64,000 bases of DNA from the NCBI GenBank assembly GCA_010909165.1, contig MU008160.1, positions 1,612,001-1,676,000 of the forward strand, written 5' to 3'. This document shows positions 24,290 through 36,508 of the stretch, piece after piece (within the stretch, counting starts at the first letter, position 1; every line of letters begins with the position of its first letter). A program made the translations under genes and the position numbers. Below the pieces are notes generated by a model. That model was not told the origin of the DNA and made no database searches. It saw only the letters and a list, made by a program, of their open reading frames with translations. This DNA is from Anthoceros angustus (Eukaryota > Plantae > Anthocerotophyta).

Positions 24290-25560
24290 GCCAAGAGAGA
24301 CTATACATCTTGCACATTAACTCTTGTAATGATCCTGCTAGGTATCCTCATATCCTAGTGGTTTTTTTCCATTCTATTTGTTCCATGTGGTCATAGTAAG
24401 AGTGTTAATCTAGTCGTGTATCATGCTTAAGTCTACTCTATTCCTATTGTATATCATGCTTTGACTGCTTGGTGTTAAAGATTTGACACAGAGGAGTTTC
24501 TCTTACTGCGTCCCTTTGTGAAAGAATTAACTTTGACAATGAGAAGTTTCTCTTACTTTTTTCCGTTATGACAGGATTATTTGAGTTTGAATTGGAACAT
24601 CGATGAGAGGCGTTATGCATTTTCTGTTTTTGTTATTTCAAAACAAGGTGAGTATCATTCCGAGTTTGAATTGGAGCACTGTTGAGAGGCATTTTGCATT
24701 TTCCGTTCTCATCATTTCACAACAAGGTGAGTATAATTCACATTCTTTTACGGTCTTATTTCCTAAAAGTACTGATCCAATCATGTACTAAACCTTCACA
24801 TAATATTCTAGAATATTTTAGGACATACTCTTGCAGCTTTTACACATGAAAGATTCATAGTAAGGTAACTTAAGCCCTATATAAGGGTCATCAAGAGAGG
24901 GTCTTAGTGTCTTGTTGTGAGGAGTGGGTGGCTCATACTTAATTATTTTTCTGGTGTCATGAGAGTTTTTAGCATCAATTATATACATATTATATACTTT
25001 TAAGATTAGGTAAATAATTCTCAAAATTATGCCAAGAGAGACTAGATATGAGTGGATCCCTCACACTATTTGTTGTATTGATCCAACTAGGCATCCTCAT
25101 TCTTTGGTGGTTGTTTTGTGCTCTGGTTGTTGCGTGTGTTCATAGTAAGAGTGTTGATCCAACTGTGTTCATAGCTTTGACTGCTTGGTGTTAAAGCTTT
25201 GACGCTTGGTGTTAAAGCTTTGATTATGAGTTTCTCTTACTCTCCTTGTGTGAAAGGATTAAAGCTTTGATACTTTTGAGTTTCTCTTACTTCCTCCCTT
25301 TATGATGGAATTGTCTAAGTTTAGATTGGAGCACCGCGGAGGCTTCTCAACACTTTTCTAATTGCTTTCTCATCGTTTCACTACAAGGTGAGCACAATTC
25401 ACATCATTTTAAATTGTTATTTTCTTTCCTAATTCCTTGCTCGTTGTTTCACCACAAAGTGAGCACAATTCACATCCTTTTACATTGCTATTTTCCGAGT
25501 ATGTTGATCTAACCAGATGTAACCTCTTGTGAAGCTTCGGAATAATGTAGAACATGCAGA
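24290..25560. repeat. Diverged direct repeat pair (about 500 bp each, near 24290-24800 and 25035-25560)
   Basis: Shared blocks in the same order: gagagacta, catagtaagagtgtt, gctttgactgcttggtgttaaag, gtttctcttact, acaaggtgag..aattcacat. A partial third copy lies near 25730. Confidence 0.7.
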
Positions 25561-25939
25561 CACAAAAACCAGAGGCAGGTTCAAAGGAGAGGAACCGCTA
25601 GGTACGAGCATCTATGCTAGAAACCCGAAGTCCATGTGTGGACCCTAGAGAGAGCAACCTCCGATCCATCAAGACAAGTCCAATTTCTTGTCACCCTTTA
25701 AATGTCCTTTCCCGAACTTTTTGACTATATGGTGTTAGAGCTTTGACATTTAGGAGCTTGTCTTTGTAGGACACAAGTTTGTGACTCTAAATTGCGGCAT
25801 CATGGACCTTGTCAACATTTCTCCGTGTCCTCTTGATGGTCGATCTACAACTAGGTTAGTCACCTAGTTGTACAAGGTGAGTGGAATTCATGATCTTTCT
25901 TTTCACTTTTTTAATATTTCTCGTCCATTAACCACTGAC

Positions 25940-26460
25940 CCTAAGCAATTGTATATTTATTCTAATTGTATGTTTATTTTCACATTCTTAAAAATTTAAC
26001 TAAAGAATAAGTATTCTAAATGAATCTTAATTTATCATAAAAATCAGAATGAATCTATTGAAGAATAAAAATGAATCTATTTAAGAATAAAAATGAATCT
26101 ATTTAAGAATAGATATGAAGATAAATTGAAGAGATAATTAAAAATAACAAATAATCATATGAAATAACTTCAGATTAATCCACAATATAAATATTATAAT
26201 AAGATAATATTAATACTAATTAAATTATTTAATGATTGAATAAAATATATTTAATAAGAATAAATAAAATAATCTAATACGAAAGAAGATATAAAGATAA
26301 ATATTAAAACTAAAGTAAAGGAATCTAAATTAAATTATTTAATTTAAATATAAAAATACATAAATACTAATAAATATATTTTATAAGAATAATATCAATG
26401 AAGATAAAGTAATATGTGTACTTATGAAATAATATTGATTTAGAGGTTCTTCAGCAAAGT
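25940..26460. other. Extremely AT-rich low-complexity tract
   Basis: Visibly G/C-poor, with repeated aatctatttaagaata and aaataa motifs. No ORF of 60 aa or more. Confidence 0.8.
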
Positions 26461-26678
26461 TGATTAATTAAGTTATAGATTTTTCAGAAGACTTAAACCC
26501 TAAACCGTAATTAAGTTATCACTTCCACATGTTTGAATAATTAATTCACAGATTTTGCATAAGACTTAAACCCTAAACCCTAATTAAGTTGAAGATTTTT
26601 TAGAAGACGAAAACAGGTTGCAAGAAACTTCACTAAGTTTTAGGTTTGCAAAAGACTTCAGCATGTTTTCAGGCGTAG

Positions 26679-26870
26679 GTTGAAGATGTGTTAGAGGAAT
26701 GAAGGAGGAGCGGGGTATCATGTCACAGATGCAAGTTGAAGATGTGTTATAGGCATGAAGAAGGAATGAGGTTTCAAGTCACAAGTGCAAGTTGAAGGTG
26801 TGTTAGAGAAATGAAGGAGGAACGAGTTTGAGGTCACGGGTGCAGTTGAAGACTTTTAGAGAAATGAAGA
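26679..26870. repeat. 56-bp tandem repeat, about 3.5 copies
   Basis: gttgaagatgtgttagaggaatgaagga.. starts at 26679, 26735, 26791 and 26845. Confidence 0.8.
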
Positions 26871-27143
26871 CTTCTACAAGGAGAAATGAAGACTTATACT
26901 AGGAGGAACAAAGAGTCCTAACAAGAGAAATAAAAATTCTTACTAGAAGGAAACAATTGGTAAGAGGATAGAGACTCCTAACCATGGCCTTTTTCTTTCA
27001 CACGTTTCCCTATAGACTTGTTAATTGTTTTTTTTTCAGCTGAAAATCGATATTGAGGGAAGCTGACTTGCCGCGTGATAGTGGGGATTTGACCTAGTGG
27101 TTTTTTTTCTAAATAATTTTTTTAATAATTTTTCTTAGGGAAG

Positions 27144-27340
27144 AAGGTGTTCTCAATTTCGTGGATATGCTCTAGCATTAACTTGACGCGTGATGGTGGG
27201 GATAGTGAGTTTAACACTTTTCTTAGCTAAGGTGTTTTCAATTTTGTGGATATGCTCTAGCATTAACTTGACTCGTGATGGTGGGGATAGTGAGTTTAAC
27301 ACTTTTCTTAGCTAAGGTGTTTTCAATTTCGTGGATATGT
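27144..27340. repeat. 85-bp tandem repeat, about 2.3 copies
   Basis: caatt(t/c)gtggatatg starts at 27154, 27239 and 27324. Confidence 0.9.
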
Positions 27341-27379
27341 CGTAGTACTAATCCCTCGGCGACAGATGATTTCGGACCC

Positions 27380-27960
27380 TTACAGACTTCCAGGTTCCTC
27401 AAACTGATATTAATTTTGTTGGGTAGTTCAGATTCCTCAAACTGATGTTAGTTCAGTTGAGTAGTTCAGTTTCCTCAAACTCATGTCAATTTACTTGAGT
27501 AGTTCAGTTCATCCAACTCTATGCCAAGTATACAATTTTGAATTGATACGAAGTGTATAGTTTAGTTTCGAATTGGTTTAGTTGAACTATGTCAAGTGTA
27601 TGCGAAGTGTACAGTTCAGTTTCGAATTGGTTCAATTGAACTATGTCAAGTGTATGCGAAGTGTACGGTTTAGTTTCAACTTGGTTTAGTTGAACTATGT
27701 CAAGTGTACAGATTAGTTTCGAATTGATGTCAAGTGTACAGTTCAATTCCAAATTGATGACAAGTGAACAGTTCATTTTCAAATTAGTTCTGTTGAATAG
27801 TTCAATTCATCGAACTATGTGCTAAGTGTACAGTTCAATTCCAAATTGATGACAAGTGTACAGCTCAGTTTCGAATTGGTTCTGTTGAGTAGTTCATCGA
27901 ACTATGTGCCAAATGTACAGCTCACTTTTGAATTGAACAATTTAGTTCAAATATCCAGCT
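27380..27960. repeat. AGTTCA/TGAACT-rich satellite with a 54-bp period
   Basis: gaactatgtcaagtgta starts at 27584, 27638 and 27692. Many AGTTCA motifs occur in both orientations, including the palindrome GTTCAATTGAAC. Confidence 0.85.
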
Positions 27961-29329
27961 GAACTGGCTCGCGAACTAGCTTCTCGGACAAACAAACGCA
28001 CAGAACTAAACTAGGGTCGATTGGAAGTGAACTCCCCAAAATCAGTACAAAAAGTAAAGTGGATGGAAGTGACTAGTAAAAACTATATATATATATATCA
28101 TCTTAAATCATCCAAACTATGAGTAATCGTGACAGTTGAATTCAAGGTCGGGAGCAATCCAACTGCTAGTCAATCATTACTTATTAAATCAGCGCATTAT
28201 GAGCAAAATAGTTACCATGATCATTATGTCCGTGCACCGGTTCGAGCTCAATCCGATGTTGACCTGGCCTGGAACGAAAATGGGCGAGCTCCCGAACTGG
28301 CGGTGCGAAAGGGTCCGACATCGGGGGGAATGGCGGAATTTGAAGCACTGCATTTAATGTTCTGATGGCGAGGCTGAGCACGTGTAATATTTCTACGATT
28401 TGAAAAATTCTGTTTTTGGTTAAGGTATTGCATCCATACTATGTATGTATCCATGGGCTCGCAATCTGCTTATTCTTCTTGTGCTCCAGATGTTGTGCTT
28501 CTCTGATTTTCTGCTTTACAGTTTCTACTTTGCGTTTTCTTCATTTCTTCCGTCCTCTTCTTGGGGCTTTGGCTCCACATGAAGATTTCTGGTGCTGTCA
28601 TAAATGTTCAGGCCGCCAAAGCATTTTTATTTTGCAAAAGCTGGAAGCATCTCAGATGTAGGGAAACTGTTGAAGTTATTAGTTAGTCTAGTGTAGAGTG
28701 ACATCAAGGAATTCAAGAGCCAGCGATTTGTACTTCCGTATCTGCATGCAAGTTGAAGGTGATGTGGTCTTTAGATATCCGCTTCCAACTTGCAAGTTTG
28801 TCTATCCATGCCTGTGCAGACATGAGGACAGAGAGTGGATGGATAGACTTCGAAGGCGGGTGCGACGTAGCCAATAGTCACTGAGTGGGTTGAACAACGG
28901 ATGTTTGTTGCTAATGTATTTCAAATTCTTGTGTGCCCATGTACCTTGTCGGACCTATGCTCCTTACGTCATACTCCATGACACCACCATGCTCCTTTAG
29001 TCACTTAGGGAATATTGTTCAGCCATATGCAGTATTGCTTCACTTTGCACACTTGCTAATTCAGGAGGAAGCCTTAGGATTTGTCAGCTTGCTTTGGACA
29101 AGTATTTCGTGACCATGCAAGAGCAGAGGAAAGTGTAACAGTACATCTTTCGCACGTCCTACAAACTGGCAGATGATAATATTTATTGGTGCTTTTTGGG
29201 CTCACGTAGAAAGTGCCGAAGTGTCACAGACTTGGGAACCCCCTCTCTCACCTTGTTCCAGTCCATCGAAGCATGTGGACATCCATGGAATGTAGTGGTA
29301 AGGAGAATGAAGTACAAGAGGCTACATAA

Positions 29330-29560
29330 ACTCTGTACATGACAGAATGCAAGTATAGGAAATAAGCCCTAAGCTTGTGATCAGATAGATGTCCACAGAT
29401 GTGTTTCGAAGCCTTGTGACAAAGAGTAAGCTGAGCTTTGAGGGAAGTATCCAAGAAACAAACAACCCTATCTAAGACACGAAAATCAAGCAATCCTGGC
29501 AGCATATGTTCTTTCGTCCAAGTCCCTGTCCCGAAGGTGTAGACCTGGGTCATCCATTGT
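29330..29560 (-). mobile_element. Possible decayed APE/EEP endonuclease (LINE ORF2-like) remnant
   Basis: Order and spacing of TWT...LDRV...SDHKL in ORF 29248-29598 resemble the EEP C-terminal motifs. No RT was recognised downstream. Confidence 0.3.
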
Positions 29561-30708
29561 TCCTGCCTCCATTGGGAAAATTTAAAATTGGACGTCATTC
29601 GAGAAGCCTTTAAATAAAATATTTAGAATATAGAGAAAATAAGACAAATCAACAAATCCACATGTTCTAATCTTGTCCTTTATCATTGAAAGTTGTCATT
29701 CCAGCTAATAGAACTATCCCCTAGTTCACCTAGTTGCATGGCAAACGTGTACATATGTCTTTCATTTTGTATTTCTTGACTAAGGTTATTATTTATATTT
29801 ATTTTAAAAATATTTATGACCTCCTAAATACTAAAATATGAAGATAACATGATGCCAACATAGATCATAATATTTGAATAAGATAACGAGTTTCAATTTG
29901 TAGTATAGATAAAAGGATAAAAGTCTTCAAGGTAGTATAGATACAAGTATAAAGGTTGAAGCTTCAAGGATACTACGCTCTATGTTGAAAACAAATATAC
30001 GTACTTTCGTGGAATCAATCATATATTTCAATTATAATAAAAAAATAAAAAAAGAATCCTATTGACTAACCTCATCAAATCGTACAGTAAAGGAAAAAGA
30101 GGCCACCAAGGTCCCTCACGTACAAAAGTAGGTCTACCTCCCAACCCTACCTAATTATAACTTTAATACCTAATTTCAACTTAATTGGTGAAAATACATA
30201 TAACAGCGACAGATTATTGGAATACATTCAAGGATCGCTATAAAGTTAATCTTTTCCACCTTGTTAAAAAATCGATGCTACATTCTGTACCGTTCGATGC
30301 TTCTGAATCAAGGCATTGGATAATGTCCACGACGAAAACAGTTAACCTTGACACATCCAGATGCCAACGCGAAGGAGCGTGCCGAGTAACGGATTTGAGT
30401 TTGACTCAGTCGATGTCGTGCAGTCTGAACTCGTCACTGTGAGAAACGGATGTCCTAAATGTCGACCTTCTGACGCACGCACTTCCGTAATCCTGCATTC
30501 GCCGATGCATGTCGTCATACATTCGGCAGTGTCGGGGCTGCTGGATGTGGCGTTCTGTCTTTCCGCCGCAGCTGTGCGGGCCTAGAGTGGGAGACCGGGA
30601 TCGCTGATTGACGACGAAGGAGTGCCGAGGCCTGAATTGCAATGGTGTGCTTGAAGCGCTTGATTCCCAAAGAGTTGCCGAGAAAGAAGGCTGGATCCAG
30701 GTCGAACC

Positions 30709-31846
30709 ATGGCGTCTACACACTCAGCCGGACGACGTCCTGCAGGTGGTTCCCGCTGTGAGGAGGAGGAGGAGAAGGAGGACAATTTGCTGCTGGAGGA
30801 GCTCCCGGCGGGGCCGGCGTTGATGAAGGCCTGTTTTGCAGGAGGTGAAAACTGGTGCTGGAGTTGTGATGTTCTTGTGTGCGAGGGTAGGTTTGGAAGC
30901 TTGTGTGTGGAGATCTGGAGATCTGGAGGCTTATTGGTGTGGTGCAGGATCGTATTGGCTTACGGAAGCTGCTTTTGGTTGTATGGATGGCGTGGTCACT
31001 ACTGCTGTTGGCTTCTGCTTGGCGAACGGTGACAGTTTTGATCCAAATTCTGTAAGTACTGATAGATGTGTGCCTTGCTAGATACATTTGCTTGTAAGTC
31101 AGCTCTTTGGATCTTAATACGTCCTGCTTGAAATTGAGCCATTGCAGGAGGAAGGCAGGATTGCGGCTGTTCAGCTGACCTACGATCCTCAGGAGGTGAC
31201 TTACCACACTCTTTTGCAAACATTCTGGCACTGCCACGATGCCACCGACACTTCGTTCCAGGTCTGTTCCTTTTCTGTGTCACGCAGGCCTTAATGTTCC
31301 TTCCTTTAGGTCTCAGACTTCTTCTGCAATGCCATCCGATGTTCCCCGCACTGCATTGCAGGGAGATGACGAAGCTGTGGAGTCGTGTACGTCTGCTGTT
31401 TTTTGCTACACTGCGAGCCAAAGAAGAACGGCTCATCAGTCGCGCGTGCGGCTTCAGATGACGCTCAGGAAGCGTATCGTTACCAAACTGATACCGGCAG
31501 GAAGGTTCCTCTACGCGGGGGCCTACTACCAGAAGTTCGGGCTGCAGTCACGGCAAAACTCCTTGTTCCAGTCCCTTGAGATCCGGACGCTTAGGCAGCT
31601 CATCGAGTCCACGCTTGCGTGCAGGCTGAACGGGTAAGCGACCAGGATTACCCTTCACAGTTTGGTATTTCCGCTTAGAAGGCCGGTACCGATCTTCGTC
31701 TCATTCCATGTTCTGCCCTTTGCTGCAGTTATGTGACGGGACTGGCGCGATGGAACGGCATTCATAGCCTCCAACTCCAGTCATTTCCTTCACTGTCGGA
31801 GGAGACCCGGGAACAGCTAAGTCGCCTCAAAGGGACCCGTAGTTAG
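30709..31846 (+). CDS. MSRA5: Peptide methionine sulfoxide reductase A5-like (Cys-less active-site motif), 5 exons
   Basis: Spliced product reads KACFAG|GSYWLTEAAFGCMDGVVTTAVGF..|EEGRIAAVQLTYDPQEVTYHTLLQTFWHCHD..|..GRFLYAGAYYQKFGLQ..STLACRLNG|YVTGL. This parallels plant MSRA5 (GSFWRSEAAFGCINGVV, VQVEYDP..LLDVFWSSHD, HQKFELK, ATKLNGY). Stop at 31844-31846. Confidence 0.85.
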
Positions 31847-31990
31847 TGCGGATGGATTCGAGCGTGAGTAGTGCAATGGGAGCCCGAGGTTACTCGTTAC
31901 ACGGGAGCAGCTGAGTCGTCTCAAGTGACCCGTAGATAGTGTGGAGGGATTCGACTGTGGACAGGTATTTAGTGCAAGGGAGCCCAAGGT
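31805..31990. repeat. Diverged tandem duplication of about 95 bp covering the MSRA5-like stop codon
   Basis: acccgggaacagctaagtcgcctcaaagggacccgtagttagtg.. versus acacgggagcagctgagtcgtctcaagtgacccgtagatagtg.. Confidence 0.7.
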
Positions 31991-32344
31991 TTCCCCGCAA
32001 ATTCGATGCAAACAGAGCTATCTAGGCCCTCTTACCCTGCAGTATCTTCTCTGTCAGTTGTTAGTACAGTGTAAACGGTGTGAGGGAACTTCTGTTGATC
32101 CATGCTGAGGAGAGATGTAAAGCTTCTTTTTGCTGTAGTATTAATACCCTTGGTCTAAACTCCATGCTATGCAGCTCTCCGTTAAATACAGGAGGAACTC
32201 AAATGCCACATGAACCACAAAGTGGTAAAGTAGATGGCCACCACTCCTCACATGTTTCTTCTGATCTATCGCCCTTGTACTCTGCCTACCGTTCATTTAA
32301 ATTGCGTCCTTCGTTCCGAACGGAGGAGGGAGGCAGACTAGAGA

Positions 32345-34454
32345 CTATATCTGCAGCGACCCCATATCTACTACTCCGAAGCTTGAAGGACCGCGTCTTC
32401 TAGGACCAGTGGTGGGCAGCTGAGGAGCTGCTTTTGCAGATCTGAGTCTCTCTTTCCGGGCTTTGTTTGTCAAATCCGGATAACTGCAGCAGCAGGATGC
32501 TAGTGAGAAGAGGTACACATAATCCAGGATTAGAGGACCACTTGAACAACGGGCATTGCCATGGCTGCACATACCTGGGTGGTTGTGCTGCTGGTGTTGA
32601 GCGGGGCCGAACTGCTCCACAACAGGCTTTGTACTTCTTCTTGGACCCACAAGGACATGGCTTGTTTCTTGCAGCCTGAACAAGCCACTGTGCTGAACAT
32701 CAATCTTGCACACCTTTTCCATCTCATGTCTTGTAGGACTAAGGAGGGAACTACCTTGGACCTCGTCAACATTGCCCCGTTTTCAGGAGAAGATGGTAGC
32801 TCTTCTTGTGCGAAGGGCAATTCTGAGAATTCCACATTAGGCCCCTCACCACAGCTAGCTTCCATCGGGTCGTCATCATCAGTCGCTCTTGATGCTGCCA
32901 CTGCCTCTTGATTTCCTCTGAGTTCCACAACTGATTCCATAACACCTGCAGAAATCGGAAGGGCTCAATGCCAGGTTCCTGGAGAGGTGAAGCCAGTCAA
33001 GAAGCGTCACGCTCGTACCATCTTCTGTCTCTGAAACCATTGGATCAAGATCAGGTTGAGGCGAGTTGTTCAATTCAGCTATTAGAAACTCTATTGCTGC
33101 ATCTGTGTCTCCATGAACCTCTTGCAAAATCTGCATCACCAGGGAAAACACCTTGATGTCATACCATGGCTGTCTTCTGCAGACGAGCTGCAATACAAAG
33201 CACAATTGCACTAAACTCCACACCTTGTGCACATGGGACATGTCTTGGCATCCAGTGCTTGCAGCTACCATCTTGATGGCAGACTCATCGACACGGGCGG
33301 ATCCAGCTTGTATCCCTCTAGGACCCATTTTGCTGTTATTGGCTGAAGGCTTTGTTGTAGAGGCTGTATCGGTCTTCATAGCAGAGGGTAATTAGTTTGC
33401 TACCAACATTTCTGGAATCACAGGATTCTTCCAATAATCTGATCAGCACCTCATCAAGCTCATAAGCAAAAGGCTCTGACAGACCTCGATGATGATTGGG
33501 ATGGCTGGCCCATTCCCACCGTCATCCTCGTGCCTCACACTGTTATAGTGCTCACCGTCGTGATAAGATCTGCCAACCAACCCCCATCAATCTGAAGTAA
33601 CTTCCAGTCAAAAGCTGGCATTTCGAAATGCTACATAATCGAGAGATTCAAGACAAAATAGCTCATGCAGGTTCTCTCAAATGGATTTGCGTCCAGTGAA
33701 GAGCAGGGACAAGATCACTGACAAATGAAGCGTCCGCTTTGCTGGATCGTCGAAGTTCGTAATATGCCACCTTGGAAACATAAGCTGCAACAAAAGCACT
33801 TATTAACAAGGGTCATTTCTATGAGCTTCCTCCTGGGCTCTGAGGCAGAGCTTAACCTGGGCCGAAAGAATTCGCAAAGCACACTTGATCTCGAAGACTG
33901 ATGGCACATACCCGATGAATGCAAATGTTGCATTGAGTCACAAGCGAGATCGCTTGCAGCTCCATGTTCCCAGCCCATGTGCCATCCTCACGCATGGTCT
34001 GACAGTACTCATCAAAAGGAACTTCATCTTCTACAAAGGGTTCAAATTCTTCTCGGTGGGCCTGTGATCAGATGTGTCTTGTCACTGAACGGAATGCAGA
34101 AATCACACACACCACAAACATCACGTGAGCAGCGGACCTCCAAGTAGTCGACAACTTGCTGTCGGTATTCGTGGTGCTTGTACTCATTGCCCTCCAGTTG
34201 ATCAGATACAGCCCTGGTGTGGCAACAGAAAAGCAATCAGACTGCTATTGGCAAAGCATGTAGCAATGGTCTCAGTGCAACGAGGGACATGGAATAGGAG
34301 GGCTTCAGAGGGACCTGAAGCAGCAATTCCCATCCGCTGTGACTTCAACAATCCTAAGATGCAGCAGACCTAGCTGCTCACGAAATTTTAGAGCATCTCC
34401 TGTCCTGCCCCTTTCCTGCACAGCACATAGGGAGATGTTAGGCTGCAACACCAT
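32345..34454 (-). CDS. OTU7: OTU deubiquitinase with SEC-C zinc motif (OTU7/OTUD3-like)
   Basis: FREQLGLLHLRIVEVTADGNCCFRSL, SDQLEGNEYKHHEYRQQVV, SEC-C motif ARNKPCPCGSKKKYKACCG, and C-terminus DMGSLQI*. The first exon and start codon are uncertain. Confidence 0.88.
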
Positions 34455-36508
34455 AGCTGAAACCCTAGCTGTAAGCTGGATGCTTGAGCTTGTCATACCT
34501 GCCACTGCTTGCAGGCAGGGCACTCTACGATGCATCTCAGAAACATTTTGCTGATCATTTGCGGGATGAGCAAAAAATTGCATCCCGTTCAGCAACAAGA
34601 AACACTCGCAAACCCGCCTCACGCCTGCGAGAACGGGAACCCACCTTCGGCCTGGAAGATTTCGCTCTGCGCGGATGCACCTCCCTGCCTTTCCCCATGC
34701 ATCCCTACCACTGCAGCAGAACTGAGATACTTCAAATCACCTCCTGTCCAGTCGCCTCCTTCCTGCAATGAGAGAAGTCCTTGCCAAACAGCCCACCATG
34801 GCAACCGTCTGCCTCCTCCTTGCTGCCCAGCTGCGGCCCCAGGAGGAATGCACCAGACTGGCAAGAGACTGCTGAGAGTCGTGCGGCGCACCGGCAGCCC
34901 AGTGGGACAAAACTCCGGCCAGAATCGCCTGGGGTCTGCAAACCGAATGGTCCTGTTGGGCCCAAGCATCCGAACTACTTCTTTCTGCTGCAGTGAGCTT
35001 CAAAATGACCGCCGATTGTCCGCAGAACCTGAATCCCCTATGGCTGCATCACATACAGACTATTATGTACTTCTCAAATTCTGGGCAGCTTTGATAGGTT
35101 CTCTGTCTCAGTTTGAAGGTCCAACTCTCTCTCCGTGCAGGATTTCAAGCAGAAGCTATATAATGTTGTCCCTTGTTGGAGAACCAGTTCCCTGAGCAAC
35201 TGTACCGGCTGTCATTCCTTGGACTCTTTGGCGATGTTGTTGAAAGCTCTCAAGCTCTTCATGGCAACCTGGGCTCGCACCCGAACACCATGGAGTGTCT
35301 ACCCACAGTGGGGACTCTACATGCATTGAGGTCGTCCTCCCAGTCTGGATTGTGAACATTTTCCTTCACAGGCCTTGGAGGAATTCCATGAATGGGAACA
35401 GCTTCTTGCCAAACAGGACTGTATCCTGGCTCTAGTTGCTGTGGCTATTGAATCGCAGCAGAAGCTCGGATTTCCAAGATAGCAGAGCTGCAGGTAAGTA
35501 AAATCCTGGGCAAGTCCATCTTGCAGGGTGTCAGAGTGAGTCACAGATGCCATTATTTGCTGGGCTGGCCCGTGCAGTAAGAATCATGCCTCCCACATCA
35601 TTCTGGTTCCAGGTTCTTGTAAGGGCTGAGTGACGTGACGTGAGTGGGGTCTTGGTGGAACCGTCGTCGAAGCCAGTGATCGTTCACAGGTAGGACAAAT
35701 CCAGGTTCTCGTTAGGACGCAGGAGCGTTCGAATCCACTGAGTAAACAAGTGTGGAATCCTTTGCGTCGACAAGTGCAGAATCCATTGAGACCATCCATC
35801 ACCCATCCATTTGGAGAGGAGGGGAGAATCAGACACTGTTCTGCTTGGAGACATGAGAGAACAAAAAACTGTTCTCTTCAGACAGTGTGACCAAATCACA
35901 AACACTTCCTTGGAGAGGAAGAAAGTGTTCCTCACACACAGCATGAATCAGACAAACTGATGCATGCCGAACTTGCTGTGCGATGAAACAAGTTATCTCG
36001 TCCACGGTGGGAAGCTGGGTTGCTTGTGTGGCGTAAAAACATCTGGTAAATCATCACCTGGGTTGCGAAACATCATCCAGTAAATCCTAGGTTGGCTTGT
36101 GCAGTGACAACCCTGGAGGCTACAAAACCCAGCTCCCTGAATCGAAGGTACCTCACCAGGGACACACCACCTGGCATGCACTACCCCCTCGACACGTCGG
36201 CTAGGCCTGTGATGCATGTCATGCCCAGTGGTCGTATTCAGCTTCCAAATCCTGCCTGCACTGTACAAGCTCCTCCCACGCTGGAGCATTCCAAATCGGG
36301 TTTTGAGTCGTCGCCCAAAACACATCACGTCTCCTGCCTCTCCACAACGGAACCCACCACCCACTAGGGAAGAAATCCACACCAAGCACACATAACCGAC
36401 CCTCCAGCAACAGGTGTGGATCGAATGTCCTGCGAGGGCTCGTCTCGGCGTGTCGCAGTATATCCTAGTTGTTCGAAGGAAGAACCAGCTCGCTATCTTG
36501 CATAGACG

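Noticed and set aside
28040-28080. CTAG|T as a Helitron 3' end for the 24-28 kb repeat block
   Set aside because: There is no GC-rich hairpin upstream and no 5' TC boundary could be defined.
30716-31237. 173-aa minus-strand ORF
   Set aside because: It is explained as antisense to the spliced MSRA5-like gene on the + strand.
35722-35745. GTTCGAATCC B-box or tRNA T-loop-like motif (a similar one lies near 63815)
   Set aside because: There is no T-stem pairing, cloverleaf or upstream A-box.
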